DNA of 54,500 bases, the filler included, from Jimgerdemannia flammicorona (Eukaryota): the NCBI GenBank assembly GCA_003990765.1. It is 3 parts of 3 records of this genome, joined end to end, with 100 filler letters (N's around TTAATTAATTAA, not from the genome) between each part and the next. Parts side by side here need not be neighbours in the genome. Positions count along the whole stretch, not along the records: positions 18,203 to 36,303 come from RBNJ01002306.1; positions 36,404 to 54,500 come from RBNJ01002307.1; 1 more part is not named here. The stretch is one strand, 5' to 3'. Below, one piece after another: positions 35,126 to 47,331 of the stretch (the first letter of the stretch is position 1; each line of letters opens with the position of its first letter). Under the pieces are notes generated by a model. It worked only from the letters and a program-made list of their open reading frames with translations. It was not told where the DNA came from and did no database searches. The position numbers and the translations under genes were made by a program.

Positions 35126-36303
35126 ACACCCCTTTCTCTGCTACCTTACTGGTCATAATAGTTTGGTAGGCAATCTTCTGAGTCTACTTTCCACAATTAT
35201 TACCCCCTCTACCTTGGGTTGGTTTACTATACCTATTGCAGGGTAGTGGGAGGGAGGCAATAGTGATAAGTTGCCCCTTTATCAGTGTTGGATTAGTGTC
35301 TTCTCTACTTTTTCGCAGTTTCTGGTACCTTCGGCTACATCTGGAGTATATCTGTTTTGGTGCAGCACCTTCTTCCTTTTGCCATTGCCAATAAGGTGCT
35401 GTCTCAGTGTGTCTCAGGCTATGTAGGGAGTCAGCTGACCTTGGGTGTCAAGTACTCAGTATAGATTACCTGCAGGTCCTCAGTGCCTATGGTGGGGCCC
35501 TCTGGCTTTGGTGAGTTTCCCAGTAAGTGCAGTTCTGGTATATGTGACTGCTTTTTGGGTGTTGTTGGAATAGGAGAGAAGATGGCCATCACAGATAGGA
35601 GGAAGGGTGATAATGGTGAACCAGTAGGGTGCCAGGCTAGGGGTGGTTATCAGAGCTGGGGCAGGTGCTGCTTTGGTGGGGCCTTTTGATTGGTGTAGCA
35701 TAGTTAGGTAGTAGGTGACACTCTCAGCTTCTTTTGGTAGATTGGCAGGTTAGGCCCTGATCATCAGGAGGGATCAGAGGGCCCAAGGCTATCTATTTCA
35801 GATATCTTGGCTATACTCAACTAGAACTGGGAGCTGATACAGCAATGTGATCGAGGTCTACAGACTTGAGTAGTGGGGTATTGGGGGTCTCCTCTCACCT
35901 CACATATAAGTTCTTTACTCACCTCAACTGGGAGAACCAGGCCCTACCCACCATGTTGTACTTTGATGAGGGTTTTTCTTTGTCTGTCATTCTCTTTGGG
36001 ATGGTAGGGGCTATTCTATTTGGCTTGGGTGTGGCCTTATACATATGTTGGGTTCTTGGGCATATGCTTTCAGTCATTGGCATATGGTTGGGTTTCCTCT
36101 GATAGTAGGGAGAGCATAGTATGCAGAATGAGGTGCAGGCTGCCATTGGCTCTGCTGTGCCTAGTATAGTTGAGCTGCTGGACAATAGCTAGCCTAGGTT
36201 AATGAGGGGGCAGTGCTTGATGGGTGGTGGGAGAGAGTTTTGGTCTATATAGTCTAGGTTCCCTTCCAATAAAAATCCATGGGATATTGAGTATTAATAA
36301 ATA
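35126..36303 (+). mobile_element. LINE-B copy 3 (longest; includes probable ORF2 C-terminal remnant)
   Basis: Colinear with 12043-13140 and extends ~70 nt further 5'. The frame ..VW*AIF*VYFPQL..LFRSFWYL..LRLCRES resembles an L1-type ORF2 tail. Confidence 0.85.
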
Positions 36304-36403
36304 NNNNNNNNNNNNNNNNNNNNNNNNNNNNNNNNNNNNNNNNNNNNTTAATTAATTAANNNNNNNNNNNNNNNNNNNNNNNNNNNNNNNNNNNNNNNNN
36401 NNN
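36304..36403. other. Assembly gap spacer
   Basis: N run with TTAATTAATTAA. Confidence 0.97.
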
Positions 36404-36942
36404 GACATCTGGGTAATGTCTGTATCATGGTGGTGTTCGACCATGTCTTCCAGGAGGCGGCCGATCTGGTAGTAGCTTGAGATTTGTCCGATTCGGTGGG
36501 CCTCGCTAAGCATGTTCAGGGCATTCCATCGGGCTTCCACAAAGTAGAGGGGTGCCAGGCTATGGATATTCATGAGGGGCAGAGGGGGTGTGGCTTGGTT
36601 GACAATGGTATTCCAAATGTCAGCGCGGATGCGGTTGTAGATCTCAGTGGTCATGTTTGTATGTTTGGAAGTTGTGGTTGTTGTTTGTTTTGGTTCTCTG
36701 ACTTGACGCGTCTCGGTGCTCAGTATATATGCATTTGGTCCTGATTGGTAAGGTTCCGTTTATGTAGATCTTGTGTTCCGTGACTTCGTATTGACTCAGC
36801 TTTGTGCGTTGTGACTTCGGTTTGACTCAGCTTCATGATCAAGCAGGTGATTTCCAGATTTGTTCGGAGCTCGCGTGTGATTTCAGTGGCTTGTTCAGAG
36901 GGTGACGTATAATTTCGGTGGCTTAGAGGTTGTGCGCTTACA
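36404..36942 (-). mobile_element. Young chromovirus LTR (copy E) with intact start of the LTR-ORF
   Basis: Begins TGTAAGCGCACAACC at 36942 with no PPT before it (5' or solo LTR); CpGs intact; ORF MTTEIYNRIRADIWN... open from 36654 into the gap. Confidence 0.88.
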
Positions 36943-39900
36943 ATTACTATACTATATATTACTCTTCTGAATATTGTTTAAAGCACTCTTATAATTATTA
37001 TAACCAAAATTAAGAACTCAGCTACATCTTAGTAAATTAAGACAAAAGAAATACTAACTCTCTAGAAAAATAGCAAAACTGAAAGTCAGCCTATTCTTCT
37101 CATACTATTGATAGAAAATAAGATATAAATATTTAAGAAGATTTCTTAGTGGAAATTCTCTAGTAGTAAATGATATCAGAATCACTTCCAGTATATAGTA
37201 TTGAATATATGACCCTTTAATATATAAATTCAATATATTAGACAACTATACTATAAGTATACTAATTTCTGAGAAAAAAAGACATTACTAGACTTCTGAC
37301 TATCTAAATAGTATAATAATACTAGACTAAATTTGAAAAACTCAATAAGAATGTTGAAAACTAAAAAGAGAAGAGTTATAAGTATACAACTTCTAAGCTA
37401 CTGAAATCACACATCACTCTCAGAACAAATTTAGAAATTACATTCAAGATCATAAAGCTAAGTCAAACCAAAGTCACAGATCATAAAGCTAAGTGAACTC
37501 AAAGTTACAAAATATAAGATATATAGAAATAGAATCTTACTAATCAAGATCAGAAGTATATATACTGAATATATAGTACTTAAAACAAAGAATCATAATA
37601 AATTAAAACTATAATCATAACTCTCAAACATATATTCAGCTATGATTACTGAAGTTTATAACTATATCTATACTGATATTTGGAATATCATTATCAACTA
37701 GACTACAGTACCTCTGCCTCTTATAAATATCTATAACTTAGCATCCATCTACTTTATAAAAGCCTGATGGAATATCCTGAATATATTTAGTAAGATCTAT
37801 CAAATTAGACAAATCTCAAGTAACTATCAGATCAGCTGTCTTCTGGAAGATATGATTAATCACTACTATAATACAGATATTACTGAAATATCTCAACACC
37901 AGAAGCTCATCATATATAAATATTAAGAACTCTTTTATAAGTATAGTACCTTTATTCTTTACCTCTGAGTCACTACCACTAAAATAGTTGGCACTCTGAT
38001 AAATGGTCAAATTGATGATATAGTGTAAGAACTTAATTACAAATATATCAAGTATACCCAAACTATAGATAGACCCTTCTTATACTCAGATAATCATATT
38101 TTGTAAATATTCTAAGTTGGATATACTATGAAGAATATCTATAATATAATCCAGTTTAATGATAATAAGACAAAAGACAACAATCTCTCTGATACTAATA
38201 TGGCTTCCAGCCAAGGATTTCTACTAACTCTGATTACTCTACCAATCTTATTAATAAACTTATATGTAATAGTTTATAACTGTCTACAAGATCTATTGGA
38301 ATAATAATTACTGATATGAGTACCAATCTATATTTATATCTAACTACTTTAATTATAATAAAGAAATAGGAGAACACCACCTATACCTCCAGATAACTCT
38401 CAAACCAACAGTTCTATCACCTAAGTATGAGTGACATAAAGAACAACTATTAGCTTACTACAACCCTACAACATATAGTGCTATAACCTACTGAAGATAT
38501 ATAGATAGTAAATCTGATAAAAGTAAAGATAATATACTCTTTCTCTATCCTATTCAGTATATGAAACAGATGATGCCATCCTGTGAAAAAACAACTTTAT
38601 TTCAATATACTATTATATAAATAAACAGAAAGATATAATCTAGAAACCACTCTTTCTAAATAATTACTTTATCAGAAATGATATCATCAATGGTGACCTT
38701 ATTAAAAAGTATCCAGATATATAGTATCTAAAATCTATAAATAGCTTAGCAGTTATTAGTATAGTAGATTAACCTTATATAAACTATGTAACTATATTCT
38801 GACTCATCAGTCAGTTGATCTCTTGATATATCAGTTCACACTTTATACTATATAACTATATTCTAACTCATCAAATACTAAAGTATTATATCCATATTTA
38901 GCCTAGTCCAGATAGCCTCCTATTAGTATATATAATCTCTCCCCCAGATCTCAGAGACTCAGACATGAATAGATAGAAATTTAGATAAGAATTAGACAAA
39001 TACTTCTCTATATAAATATCTCTTCATATACTACTCCAAGTATTAGCCAATAGCAAATATCATAAATAGTAAATAAATCTATTTAATAACCCATAAATTA
39101 CTCTTAAGTAAATCTATACTATATTTGATCCTACTCCTAACTAGATTCAGAAATTTTCTAATTAGATATTGTCTATAGTGATATGCTGATTTAACTAAGC
39201 TGGTCTTAGTTTCTTAAACTTCCTGTAATAAGGAAAATCCTGAATATCTAGGACAAGTCTGAGAAAGAACTTTGATTGAGATATCAACTCAATCTTGAAA
39301 TCAATAAGTATAGAAGATATACTCTATATGAAATTAATCTTGACCTTAAGAAAACAGTCTTCTAGAATATCTAGAACTACTCAAAAACTCTTCTAAAACT
39401 ATATAATATATACATAGCACCTTTACAAAGTACTCTCTTACAACTTGATAGTGGCAATTTATAATTCAATTCTATTTTAAGATACTTTTTTACTCAGTAA
39501 TAACTCTCTATAGAAAATTTCTACAAGTTGGTATAAAGTCCAACTACTGAACTGGAATTTATTCCAAACTATCTGACAATCTGAAGTAAATTAAACCTGA
39601 TATATATAATAAGTGTGATAAGCTTCATATATTTAAAGAAGTACTTCAATTAAATTAGCAGATATATAGGTAAAACTCTATTCAATGAACTTCTTGCTTT
39701 ATATCCTACAAGTCAAGATGAAGAAGATCTTATAGAAGTCTTCTCTACTCCTCTCAATAAGAGTTTTATAAGCTCTGCAAATCTGAGTAATCTAGGATAA
39801 CTAGTAGCTATCTTCCTAGCCTTAGTTTCTCACAAAGCCCAAGCCTCTATAACTAAGTAGCTCAACTTTACTGACTATTACTATACCAGCACTAAGCTTG

Positions 39901-40259
39901 CCTTATATTACTATTTTCAAAATTGTAAGACCTATCATATTCTCAAGAAAGAAGTTAGAGAAACCCTTCATAAACAATCAGACTCTGAGTCAGAAGCAGA
40001 TTCAGTCAGAACTCTATCTAAATTCAATCTTGAAGAAGCTTTTGATTTAAGTCCATTGGAACTCTGGTATATAACAGATACCATTTTCTTTAATACCAAA
40101 TAAACTCAACTACACTAAGACCAAAGTAAAGAAGAGGAGGAGTATCTTACTGAATTTAATCTTAGATATACTGCTAAAGAAGATACACCTATCTTAGGAC
40201 AAAATACATCTAAACAACTGAGAGTTATCTATCAGACCCTTATATCAGACTTACAACAG

Positions 40260-40263
<4 letters not shown>
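36943..40263 (+). mobile_element. Very degenerate chromovirus copy F: 3' UTR, PPT, LTR (37377-39442), PBS-like site, putative gag remnant
   Basis: Homology to 25700-26100 (inverse) and to 23619-25650; the LTR ends CTCTTACA followed by ACT-TGATAGTGGC (possibly a decayed TGGTAGCG initiator-Met PBS). Confidence 0.8.
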
Positions 40264-40290
<27 letters not shown>

Positions 40291-41383
40291 ATAGTCATAT
40301 AGACTTCTGCTTTATTACCAAACTGTCTATGATGTACTATTAATACAAATGTACTCCTTACTCAATCCTACTCACAAAGTTCCTCTCTCTTACCATTTTT
40401 CTGAAATACCACCAACCCCTCTATCATCTGAATTCTCTTTCTACTCTTTCTACAGATTATCTCTACCAATTACCTCCAATTCTCTCCACCAGTACCCCCA
40501 CCCCCCACCACCCATTCAACATATCCATCATCAGTCACTCCCATCTAGCCACTCTTACCCCCAATGTCAACTACTGATCCTCTTCAAATATAGAAAGCCA
40601 ATGTCCCACCAGTCTGATCCAAATCACTAGCACCTATCCTAATATCAGTCACTCATCTCTCAACTCCCCCACCAGCCTCCTCCAGAGGTCACCCCACCTC
40701 CCTCCTGCCACCAACTCTGGTGGGTATACTTTTAGCCATACCTCAATCTCTCTCCAAAAGTCACCCATCACCTCACACTTCCCCAGCTAATGTTCCAAAA
40801 TCTGAACCACCTCTCTCTTCTACCCAATATTCAGACACTCCTTATACTTATGGGTATCTCCTTCTACCAAGCAGTCTGTTCAGTAGTTCAATATTATATT
40901 ATGCTGAAGAATTCTCCACCATATTATCTAGAACTTGGGGGGGATCTATCTTGCTACCTGCTTGCCCTACAGCCAAGTGCCATTCTAGTTCCACTCCTCA
41001 CCAATCCCCACCCTCTGCCACATTTCTGACCACAGATCTCTTATATATTTCTGAAGGCACTCCATACTATCCTCCAAGCAGAAGTTATTCACTAGTACCC
41101 TGTCTATAGAAGACAGTTCCACCTCTACATCTGGGATTCCCATTTCTCCTCTCCCTCATCACTCTACTATCAGAGATCAATATGATGTACCCATCAGCCA
41201 CTCCCCACCAAAATTCCCTATATTGTATCCTCTTACTTCTCTCCAAAGCCACCAGAGAAAGAAGATCTCTAATTACACTATAGGAGAAAAACTGGGCTTC
41301 CTATACTCTCTGTATGAGGGGAACTCACTCTCTACCTCTCAACTCACTTGCTCACTTCAGCCACCATGCTCTCAAGTAGTGAC
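40264..41383 (-). mobile_element. LINE-A copy 2 (5'-truncated)
   Basis: Poly(T) 40264-40290 followed by ATAGTCA..CTTTATTACC; colinear with 1-1120. Confidence 0.88.
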
Positions 41384-41639
41384 TAAGCATCACTTTGTTC
41401 TGGACCATTTCAGAGTTGGTTTCTGCCATCCTGAAAGTATTGGCATACTTTATTTTATCTTAAACATGGGTTTATATATGCAAATTTCCTTCTGTCTAAG
41501 ATATATATATATGAGACATTTCATGTAAAATATAGTAATAAAAGAACATCTTGACTCTTATGGAGTCCCTTAGCCATTTTGAAAGCTTGGCAGTTCACCT
41601 CTTCTCATGACCCACAGAATCCTTTCTTATCACATTACT

Positions 41640-42718
41640 ATGAGCAATAAACAACTCCTTCAACAATAACAGGCCGCTCTGGCTGAGCATACCAAGTTCC
41701 TTCACCAGATCACCAAGGCTGTCACAGTCAGCCTCTGCCCTCCTCTACTAGATCTAGAGATTACAAACCAGTGTGACCAACAATGCCTCATTGATGCTCT
41801 TTTCCTTTGGTATTTCTGATATTCTGATCTTGCAGTCCTTAGACTCAATGGAAATCCCAATAGTATGGACCTCCATATTGATGCCGATAGCAGTGATGAT
41901 AAATTCCTCATAGCAGCCATATCTTGGGCCATCAGGAGATATTATGTATCCCCCACATTCACTGATGCCATTCCACCAGAATGTATCAAAGTATACCTCT
42001 CCTCTGCTAGTTTCAAGAAACTCCTCCATTGAAACTCTGAACCCAAACAGGGTATTCTCTACACCCTCTCCATTGATGAAGCATTCATAGATAATTTCAG
42101 CAAATTTACCAAAGAAGCAGACAAGATTCTTGTTGACACCCAATGAGTGATCTACAACACCCTCCAGCCCATTGCCATCATCCTCCAGGCTCTCAAACCT
42201 CACTCTGATGGAGCTGATCTCCACTATCACAGGCTGGTCCATGATACTGTCATTCTCTCTTTGGTGGAAAATCTGCAAGACTCTCTCTAGATCAGATTCC
42301 AAGAAGCAGAATATATCTGTATCTGCCACCTCATTGAACTCACCAAATCTGTAGGATAGTCACCTACCCTCATCTCTGCCTGCTACACAGTGGCTTCTGG
42401 CTTTGAGTATGATGACGACCTGTTCAGCACCAAATTCACCCACTATTTTTATGACAACACCAAACACCACAAGCACCTTCTCATGGTCAAGACAACCTCC
42501 AAACCAAAAGATAATCCAATCCTGTCCTGCAGCCCCAATGGTCACAGCCAGGGAAATAGGCCCCAGGGTGGCCACCACCCTGACTACTGAAATTCTCAAC
42601 AACAGAGCTTCCAGAACCACACTCTGAATACATACAGTCAAGGAGGTTCTCAGTACCAAGCTCTGAATCCAGGCAACAGCATGTCAACATCTGCTGCTCA
42701 ACTCTGAAGAACCAATTG
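41640..42718 (+). pseudogene. Probable DIRS-type (tyrosine-recombinase retroelement) gag remnant
   Basis: One ~360-codon frame with point stops: SIDEAF..KEADKILVDTQ*VIYNTLQPI ... DDLFSTKF and a Q/N/G-rich tail, resembling DIRS1 gag; no RT or YR nearby. Confidence 0.45.
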
Positions 42719-42719
42719 A

Positions 42720-45700
42720 TCTACCAAAACTAAATTAGTAGCATTCTGAAGATTTGCTCTGAGTTCTTATATATTATTATAGATTGAATAATCTTTCTAT
42801 TTAACAAAATATTCTGAGTAGTTCTTGTAGTCATACTTATTAAGAATTTGTTTTACCTGATATTCTCAGATACATATCTAGTAGGACTTTTTCATCAATG
42901 TCAAAAGTTTCTTCTCAGTAGTACTGATTAATATACTGAATAAGTTCTCAATTGTAATTTGGCTCAGATTGTATATTCAGAGTAGAAATTCTTCAACAGC
43001 TTCAATAGTAGAGAGTTCATTTATAAATTTAATAAAGGTCAGAGAAGTATTTAGATTTTGTTCTATATTTTTAAAAAATGTGATCATTCTAAGAGAAGCT
43101 TGTTTACTATTGTTATAGATAAACTCAACTGTAGTAAGATATTTATATCAATTATCTTATCTTTAGAAAATATAGTTCCTTAGTATTTATTTCAGGTTCA
43201 TCCTTTCAGTTTAGTCATCAGTTTCAGAGTAAAAGGCTATAGATAGTACTAGTTTTATTATGTAAAGCTTTTTAAAAATAATTGGTGATTTTCAGATCTT
43301 AGTTGCTAACAATAATCTTAAAAAGACCATAATAGTAAAAGATGTTATCAAATAAGAGTATAGCAATTTTAGATATTATTATAGTTGTAGCAGTAGGTAT
43401 GAAGTAGGCTTATTTGCTAAGATAATCTATAAAGATAATAATTACATCTTTTCCATTCTTAGTTTGGGATATTTGTATAATAAGTCTATAGAGATTTGTT
43501 CCCAATTGGCAGATAGAACTAGAATAGAGTAGAATAGTCTAGGTTTTGCTAGAGTTGAGAACTTATTGTATTAGTAGGTATTATAAGAAGTAATATAGAT
43601 ATTTAACTGATCTACTATACAGGGTCAATAGAAGTTTCAGAAGATAACTTTATAGTATTTATTAAACCCTAGTGTAACAAACCAAAATGTACCACCCAAA
43701 TTATAACTTAGCCAGATGATGTGAACAATTAGTAACTTAGCCAGATAATATGAACAATTAGTAACTTAGCCAGATGACGTGAACAATTAGCAACTTAGCC
43801 AGATGATGTGAACACATAGTAATCAGATACAGTAATCATTACTGTAGAAAATTGTATAAATAGCCAGACTACCAGATAAGATATATCTGTGCAAGACCTA
43901 CACACCTGTGCTGGACTTGTACACCTGTACCAAACCAGCACACCTGCTATAAATAGCAAATCTATAGTTAGCCACATAGCAACCAGATAGCAACCACAAT
44001 GTATAAAATACCCCAGAGACAAGAGTGAATAAACCTCAGTCTGAATTGAAGTACAAACCAAAGAAGCCTCTAAAGATTGAGCATTGGTCTCCTTATTCCC
44101 ACTCTGGTCCACTTTCTGATACAAAGCCTTGGTTTGCTTGCCAGATAAGTCTGAAGTTTGCCACCAAGTTCAAGGAAGAACTTTGCTGCCTTTGAAGAGA
44201 AATCCGCCACTTAAGGAATAAGCCGCTATGTTTTTGGTTCACTTGCCAGATAAGCCTGAAGAAACCCGCCAAGTTCGAGTGAAGAACTTCACCGCCATTT
44301 GAGAAAACTGCTGATTCAGGAAGAATCCGCGTCATCTGCCATTTCTGAGTTATTTGCTGCATTCCCAGAGAACCCTTAAGGAACCTTACCTCAAGCCAGT
44401 CTCTTGATGCAACTTCACAGTGATTCATTCGCACAAATGAAGCCAGTCTTGATGTAACTTGCCAAGAACCCGAGTTATCGTTCCCAGTAAGAAGAATCCA
44501 TGCCATCCTCTATTCCCAGTGAGCCTGATTTAGGAGAATCCACGCCACCTGAGTAATATTCCCAGAAGAACCCTGCTGATTCAGGAAGAATCCGCAATAT
44601 CTGAGTTATTAGTTTATTCCCAGTGAGCCCGATTCAGAGAATCTGCTGCCAGTACAATTCCCAGAGAACCGATTCAGGAGAATCCGCGACATTCGAGAAG
44701 CTCACCGATTTAGGAGAACCCACGCCAAATCAAGAAGTCTGCATAAAGAAACCCACCAAGATCATCATGCTACTTTTGGAGATCGTTGTGCTACACAGAA
44801 ATCGCCTATCACTTAAGAAGGAAACCGCTCATGCTACACACGAAATTCTACCAATTCCCAGTTGACCCAAGATGGAAACCCATTCACACAAATTACCGCT
44901 ACACCCAGAGAACCGTCCCAATAAGGAAACCCAATGAAATTGACCATTGTATTCAGAACTTGACTATTATATCACTAAACACCAACAAGGACCTCAGGAA
45001 TCTTAGAACATTTTGTTGCTTTTAACGAAGTAACTGGGGGCTCAAGCCAAACTACATCAACCCCCAACCTTATAATTTGCCTCCATTGAGCCAGGCACAT
45101 TACACTAGATATCTAGCTATAGAAGCATCATGACATTCAAACAGAATAATCCTTTGAAGGTCTTGATTGTTAGAAATATACAATCTATTCTTGTAATAGA
45201 TAGTATTATCCTTTAATTGATATAGATAATACTGAAAGTACTTATTGATATCATCACTGCTCAGGATTTCTTAAAGTGCTTGAGCTTCTTTATTATCAGC
45301 ACTAATATTCTATAATAGAATTAGTAACTATGGTGAGGGTTTGTATAACTTCTACAATTGGTAGTCTAGAGATTGTATTAGCAATAATGTTTTTCTTACT
45401 AGGATGATATTGGATTTCATAGTCAAAATTGGTGAGAACTTTCACCCATCTGACTTACTTGCATGAAAGGGTAGCCTGGGTCTTGATATTGATCAATAAT
45501 TTGTAGTCTATCAAGACAGTGAAGTGTGCTTCTTCAAGATATGAATACTATTTGATCAGAGTATCTACAATGGCTATCATTTCTTTCTCATAGATAGCAT
45601 AGTTAATTTAGATATCATTGAACTTATGAGAATGATAGGCCAAAAGGTGTCCTTCTTGCATGAATATTGCTCCAAGAGGTGCCAGTAGTAACTTCATATA

Positions 45701-45815
45701 ATAAGGTAGAGTTTGCTTCTTGAAGTACTGGAGTAGTTATCAGGGCATCTTTCAAGGCTTGAAAGGCTGTATCTTCTTTTTTACTATACTTGGTCAGTTG
45801 AGTGAGAGCAGTAGT
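42720..45815 (-). mobile_element. Degenerate chromovirus RH-IN fragment (copy G), split by a solo LTR
   Basis: Colinear with 26200-28150; the sequence resumes after 45104. Confidence 0.82.
43673..45104 (+). mobile_element. Solo LTR (1432 bp), third LTR family
   Basis: TGTAAC...ATTACA ends, 4-bp TSD CTAG, homology to 49190-50358, four ~29-bp tandem repeats at 43703-43816. Confidence 0.92.
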
Positions 45816-45933
45816 CCCTGTGCTTGAGGAACTCAGATGCCATTGTGAATTTGGACATCATCGCGGCAAGGATCATCTTGGAATTTTCTGCCATACGGCT
45901 GCTCTGCGTTGCCACCTATGAGGCATTTCGCGG

Positions 45934-46200
45934 ATGGTTGTCAACATCACCGGTAAGGTGACAAATGACCCGTGGGCGGTGATCACGGTCTTTTTGAAGG
46001 TCATCGCCTTCTGCCTAGCAGTGATCCAGGTTTTCATGATGATATCCGTCATGCATAGCTACAGTATCAGCTTCAGTTCCTTCTGCTACTACTTTGGCGC
46101 TCAGTATCTCGGGCCCCTAGCCTTCATTCTGCTACTTTTGAGGATGGTTCTATCATTCATGGGCACTGTCGGATTCTCGCACCCATATTCCACTGGGTGA
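45934..46200 (+). pseudogene. Possible membrane-protein gene fragment
   Basis: CpG-rich island; 88-aa ORF with two hydrophobic stretches; no family recognised. Confidence 0.3.
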
Positions 46201-47331
46201 TTGTGTCTACTGTGCTCTTATTCTCGTAGTGTACGTTTACACCGCCATTATTGATGACGGTTATGGGGGTTTAGTTGTCGCTAGCTTTTTTTTACTTTCT
46301 GCAACAGTTTCTTGCCCTCGCGTGGATGGGTTTAAACGTCATGCAATAGCCTAGTCCAATTTAGACACGTTTCCCACAATTCCTACTCTCACCACTGTCC
46401 CCATCGACCAAGCTCTGCACGTCATGGCATACTTGTTCTTATTATGTAATGATGTGAAACAGTTCCATGTCTTTTTTGTCGTAGGTTGCAATGGCGGTGG
46501 CGCGGAATGGTCTTGATCTCGTCTGGGCTTTAGGCCCATCTTCTTATCCTGCATAGCTAAGGAAATTATGAAAATATGTGTAACACACGTAAAAATAAAA
46601 AAATAAAACTCAAGCAATGAAAGTTATTGTATGCGATATCAGCATGGTGCTGCAAAATGCCAACGAATATTTATGCGCGATTGGGGAAGTCGCTGATGGC
46701 AGGTTGATCCGGTCTTGCCTTTTCGCAACCGTGTCTTCGGTTGCCGCTGGCGGTTGCCAAGAAGGGGGAAGGCTAAACTTGTTAAACAGGGGGGTTTTTT
46801 TTTTTTTTTCGTTGTTGCCGAATTTCTTGCTCTTGTTGCAGTTATTGCACTTCACGGTTTGTAGGGATGTTATTTGTATTTATTGGTTTGGCCCTTGAGG
46901 CGCCGAGTATTGTAATCACAACATGGAATGTATCGGCCAAAAGCACTGCAGCATTCACTTGCACGCAACAATGCTCATTTTCAACATTCACTCCTAAAGC
47001 CCATGGTCCCGACCATTTTACACTGCCACCGCCGCAACCTATGACAAAAGACAAGGACGATTACTTAAATATTCCACATCGTAATATAAAAACAAGCATG
47101 CCATGATGTATAAATGTACTGGTGGTGTTGCAGCTAAAATTAAAATATAGAAAATTCAGGTTTCTTTGGTAATAAACTGTTTGGCCGAGGCGTGACTTGA
47201 AACAATCATCCGAATTGTTTTTATTAGTTTGTACTGCCTTTCTTATTCTATATAGGATTTTGGGGGTTTTTTTTTGTTATCTAGCTTGGAGCGAAGTCCG
47301 GTTTACTTGTCAGCTCATCTAATGCGCTGCC

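Noticed and set aside
41754..42329. 191-aa minus-strand ORF
   Set aside because: Probably the antisense shadow of the plus-strand gag-like frame; no motif.
43795..45025. ORFs inside the solo LTR
   Set aside because: Frames are not conserved in the sister LTR at 49190-50358, unlike the chromovirus LTR-ORF.
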